DNA of 64,000 nucleotides from a virus: IMG/VR virus record IMGVR_UViG_3300032282_001105, positions 1 to 64,000 of that record; one strand, 5' to 3'. Shown piece by piece: positions 60,886 to 64,000 of this stretch (position 1 is its first letter; each line of letters starts with the position of its first letter). The notes under the pieces were generated by a model. It saw only the letters and a program-made list of their open reading frames with translations, ran no database searches and was not told where the DNA came from. The position numbers and the translations under genes were made by a program.

Positions 60886-60986
60886 TTAATTGGATAAAAA
60901 ATTTATACTACAAAATAAAAATGGAAATTCGTTATCGCAAACGATTAAAAGAAATGAAAAAACGAGATCCATTCATATACAAATGA
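60882..60986 (+). CDS. 34-aa basic small protein not in the ORF track (MINWIKNLYYKIKMEIRYRKRLKEMKKRDPFIYK)
   Basis: AAGGA RBS at 60871-60875; ATGA overlaps at both ends (60882 and 60983). Confidence 0.8.
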   Translation: MINWIKNLYYKIKMEIRYRKRLKEMKKRDPFIYK

Positions 60987-61819
60987 ACGAAAATTTTGCT
61001 AAATTAAATCTATTAAAATCATCTTCTATAGAAGATGTTAAACATTATTCTACAACCAATACTTCTACTGTAGGATTACCGGTAGGAGAAATAACGCAAT
61101 TTTTATATTACAGCCCCGGTGATATACAATATGCACATACTTGGGAATATGAACAATTTGATTATATGATAAATCATTTAGGTTTTAGAAATACTGAAAT
61201 ACCCAAAGAAACAGATATTGCAGTATTTGGTTGTAGCTTCACGTTTGGTTTAGGTTTACCTATAGAGATGATATGGCATACTATACTAGCAGACAGATTG
61301 AATACAAAGGTTGCTAATTATGGTGTTCCTGGAGCATCGATTAAGACAATAACTGATTTAGCAATGATAATAAGTAATCATACTAAAATTAATAAAGCTA
61401 TTTTTCTTTTACCTACATATAGTAGAATGCAAGTAGCAAAAACTAGCCCGTTTGAAGATGAGGTGAATTATCTTTCAATAATACCTAATCATAAATCAGA
61501 GTTATGTAAGAAATATGAAATAGAAGCAGAGTTATTAGTAAAATCTACTCCGGATGAAGAGATGTTTAAAGTGTTGAGAGATAGTGTATATTTGGTAGAC
61601 CATATTTTTAAAGAGAGAAACATTAAAACGTATTTCTCATCCTGGGATCCTGATACATATGAATTTTTAACATATATGGATTTGCAGGGTGTTTTGTTAC
61701 CTGATTGGACTAGTAAGGGAATGCAACAAGCAACTACTGATTTGGCCAGAGACAAATTACATCCGGGTCCAGTCCACCAACAACAGTTTGTAGACAAAAT
61801 CATAGATTATATCAAATGA
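60983..61819 (+). CDS. Second SGNH-family protein (start reassigned to ATG 60983)
   Basis: INHLGFR, FGCSFTFG.G, NYGVPGAS, ARDKLHPG; ATGA coupling to the 34-aa ORF. Confidence 0.8.
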   Translation: MNENFAKLNLLKSSSIEDVKHYSTTNTSTVGLPVGEITQFLYYSPGDIQYAHTWEYEQFDYMINHLGFRNTEIPKETDIAVFGCSFTFGLGLPIEMIWHTILADRLNTKVANYGVPGASIKTITDLAMIISNHTKINKAIFLLPTYSRMQVAKTSPFEDEVNYLSIIPNHKSELCKKYEIEAELLVKSTPDEEMFKVLRDSVYLVDHIFKERNIKTYFSSWDPDTYEFLTYMDLQGVLLPDWTSKGMQQATTDLARDKLHPGPVHQQQFVDKIIDYIK

Positions 61820-63312
61820 ACTATATAGGAATATCTAGTGGGTTTCACGATGCCGCAATCAGCGTAATAGATGATGCTGGTAACATACTATTTGCCGGAC
61901 ATAGTGAACGTTACTCAAAACATAAACACGATAAACATTTGTGCTATGATATTGTTGAGGACGCATTAAAAAATTGTAATAGTAGAGATGTTGAAATTCA
62001 CTACTATGAACGTCCTTGGATGAAGTTCTTGCGCCAAGTTCGTTCGGGTGAAAAGCCTGCATTATCTAATTTATCTGTTAAAGAGGTTATAGGTACAGGA
62101 TTACTCCATAAATTACAAGATGGTCGTGGTGGAAAAGTATATACTCACAATCATCATCTAAGTCACGCTGCCGCAGGATTTCAAACTAGTCCTTATAAAG
62201 ATGCCACTGTAGTCGTTATTGATGCTATTGGTGAGTTTGATACTATTAGTATTTGGAATGCATATTACGATAAGAACGGTGTAGCAAAGTATAAGAAGTT
62301 ATGGGGACAACGTTATCCGGATAGTATTGGCTTATTTTATTCAGCAATGACACAACGTGCAGGATTAAAACCATTAGATGAAGAATATATCTTAATGGGA
62401 ATGGCTGCCTATGGTAACACAACTGCACTAGCAGAAATGTCTAACACACTAGTTAAATCCATTAAAGATATTACTTTCAAAGATAATTTACAAATAGGTG
62501 TATCTGAAAATTTCTTAGAAGGTACTAATGAAATGAACATTGCTACTAGTGCTCAATTGATTGCAGAACAGTTAATTACTTCAGTAATTAGTAAAGCACG
62601 TATGTTAGGTGGTAGTAAGAATTTAGTATATGGTGGTGGTGTAGCATTAAACTGTTTAGCAAATAGACTATTAGGAAACTTTTATGACAACATTTGGATT
62701 ATGCCTAATCCTGGCGATGCTGGCTCCAGTCTTGGTGCGGCTTGTCTTGGTTATGGTAAGGCTGTTAATTGGACTAGTGCTTTTCTTGGCAATGATATTC
62801 GTGGGGATTACCCTACCAATCGTATACTTGATAGTTTACTTTCCGTTAAAATCGTTGGAGTCGCTAGTGGACGAGCCGAGTTTGGCCCTAGGGCACTCGG
62901 GAACAGAAGCTTATTGGCCGACCCAAGGGGTAAAGAAATAAAGGATAAAGTAAATGAAATTAAACGTAGACAAAAATTCAGACCATTTGCGCCAGTCATT
63001 CTGGAGGAGTATGCTGATACTTACTTTGATATGCCTCATGGTTTCGATAACAGTAGGTATATGCAAGTCATCGCTCGTTGTAGGGTACCTGACTTATTTC
63101 CTGCTATCATTCATCACGATGGTACTAGTAGGGTACAGACTGTGCCAAAGGATGGCTCCGGGATAAGAGAACTATTAGAGAAGTGGTACGTACTAACAGG
63201 TTGCCCAATGTTACTCAACACAAGTTTAAATATTCGTGGAGAGCCAATGGTAAATGACCGAGATGATGCGGATCGCTTTGAAAAGTTATATAATATAAAG
63301 GTGATATCATAA
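61816..63312 (+). CDS. O-carbamoyltransferase, NodU/CmcH/TobZ family
   Basis: HDAA, ERYSK.K, HHLSHAA, GGVALNC, PGDAG, GRAEFGPRALGNRS, RPFAP, RVQTV, LLNTSLN.RGEP. Confidence 0.95.
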   Translation: MNYIGISSGFHDAAISVIDDAGNILFAGHSERYSKHKHDKHLCYDIVEDALKNCNSRDVEIHYYERPWMKFLRQVRSGEKPALSNLSVKEVIGTGLLHKLQDGRGGKVYTHNHHLSHAAAGFQTSPYKDATVVVIDAIGEFDTISIWNAYYDKNGVAKYKKLWGQRYPDSIGLFYSAMTQRAGLKPLDEEYILMGMAAYGNTTALAEMSNTLVKSIKDITFKDNLQIGVSENFLEGTNEMNIATSAQLIAEQLITSVISKARMLGGSKNLVYGGGVALNCLANRLLGNFYDNIWIMPNPGDAGSSLGAACLGYGKAVNWTSAFLGNDIRGDYPTNRILDSLLSVKIVGVASGRAEFGPRALGNRSLLADPRGKEIKDKVNEIKRRQKFRPFAPVILEEYADTYFDMPHGFDNSRYMQVIARCRVPDLFPAIIHHDGTSRVQTVPKDGSGIRELLEKWYVLTGCPMLLNTSLNIRGEPMVNDRDDADRFEKLYNIKVIS

Positions 63313-63938
63313 TGCAAATTTATCCCATAGATGATAAGAAAAGAATTTTTCAAATTATTGACTTGCTGGACCAAGAAACAGTTGATTGGATGAATACAGT
63401 TGATTGGCTGTCAATAAAAAATTACGAATTTGATTCAGGAGACCCAAAATATATTTTTCCTAGAAAAATACTAGATAGCGCAAATAGTGATGTTATCAAA
63501 TTAACTACGTCAATGCAAAACAAATTGTCAACTATTAATAATTTAATAGAAACTTCATTAAACGATATCAATATAAATTTATGGTTAGATGGTCCGGGAT
63601 TTAAAATGGCGGTTCATACTGATGAAGGAATAGAAAGAGTTGGTGTTATTGCCTCCCTACAATTGTATCTATTTGCTCCTAATGAAGATTATGGTACAGA
63701 ATTTTTTACTCCTAAAGAATTTTTTAATCCTAATGAAGATTATGATACGGTATTATTTGATAAATATAAAAGAATTCCGTTCAATTCATACTACAAGTTT
63801 AAGTCAATACCTAATACAGGTTATCTAATGCTTAATCATTTAAATGAAGATGGGTCATTGCCTATGCTATGGCACGGTATGTTAAATCCTGTACCCGAAG
63901 GATGTTATAGATTAAGCGCCTATTGGTATTTTAAATAA
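63312..63938 (+). CDS. 2-oxoglutarate/Fe(II)-dependent oxygenase
   Basis: HTD (HxD)...WHG...RLS (RxS) pattern; TAATG coupling to the carbamoyltransferase. Confidence 0.8.
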   Translation: MQIYPIDDKKRIFQIIDLLDQETVDWMNTVDWLSIKNYEFDSGDPKYIFPRKILDSANSDVIKLTTSMQNKLSTINNLIETSLNDININLWLDGPGFKMAVHTDEGIERVGVIASLQLYLFAPNEDYGTEFFTPKEFFNPNEDYDTVLFDKYKRIPFNSYYKFKSIPNTGYLMLNHLNEDGSLPMLWHGMLNPVPEGCYRLSAYWYFK

Positions 63939-64000
63939 TTACATACTTATAAAAAACGCTAAGTAATTGTATGCTAAGAGATGTATTTTATTTCGGAGAA

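Noticed and set aside
60890-60982. TTG-start extension of the second SGNH gene
   Set aside because: The region is better explained by the 34-aa ORF with RBS and double ATGA coupling.
1-64000. Stop-codon reassignment as seen in some jumbo phages
   Set aside because: Genes, including a 17-kb ORF, are intact and tightly packed under the standard code.
1-64000. CRISPR array, diversity-generating retroelement, transposon, intein or homing endonuclease
   Set aside because: No regularly spaced repeats, reverse transcriptase, template/variable repeat pair, transposase or intein motifs were seen; repeats in the giant gene are degenerate at protein level.
63939-64000. Possible 3' end of a convergent minus-strand gene (TAA at 63941-63939)
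   Set aside because: Only about 19 open codons are visible, which is not enough to call.

Overview
This AT-rich window comes from a large T4-related (myovirus-like, probably jumbo) dsDNA phage read in the standard genetic code. From left to right it holds five parts. (1) The start of a probable portal gene, a tape-measure/hub protein with a lysozyme domain, and gp26/gp51-like hub genes. (2) A ~520-nt non-coding gap containing twin GAA-loop hairpins and a probable ~370-nt structured RNA on the minus strand. (3) A minus-strand operon: gp55 late sigma factor, gp47, gp46, an SDR, a radical SAM enzyme and a resolvase-like nuclease. (4) A 32-kb baseplate/tail module: tube-initiator-like, gp53, hub, gp5, gp25, gp6, a 5717-aa repeat-rich giant protein and tail fibres. 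(5) A ~20.7-kb tightly coupled biosynthetic-type cluster directly after the tail-fibre genes and behind a late-promoter motif. It encodes 3 glycosyltransferase-like proteins, a methyltransferase, TEN tandem radical SAM enzymes with an N-terminal Twitch/SPASM-like Cys domain, 2 SGNH proteins, a 34-aa ORF missing from the track, a NodU/CmcH carbamoyltransferase and a 2OG-Fe(II) oxygenase. That cluster (hypothesis: glycosylation and radical tailoring of virion proteins or a glycan) and the structured RNA are the best candidates for undescribed systems. All family assignments come from motifs recognised by eye; no database searches were run.
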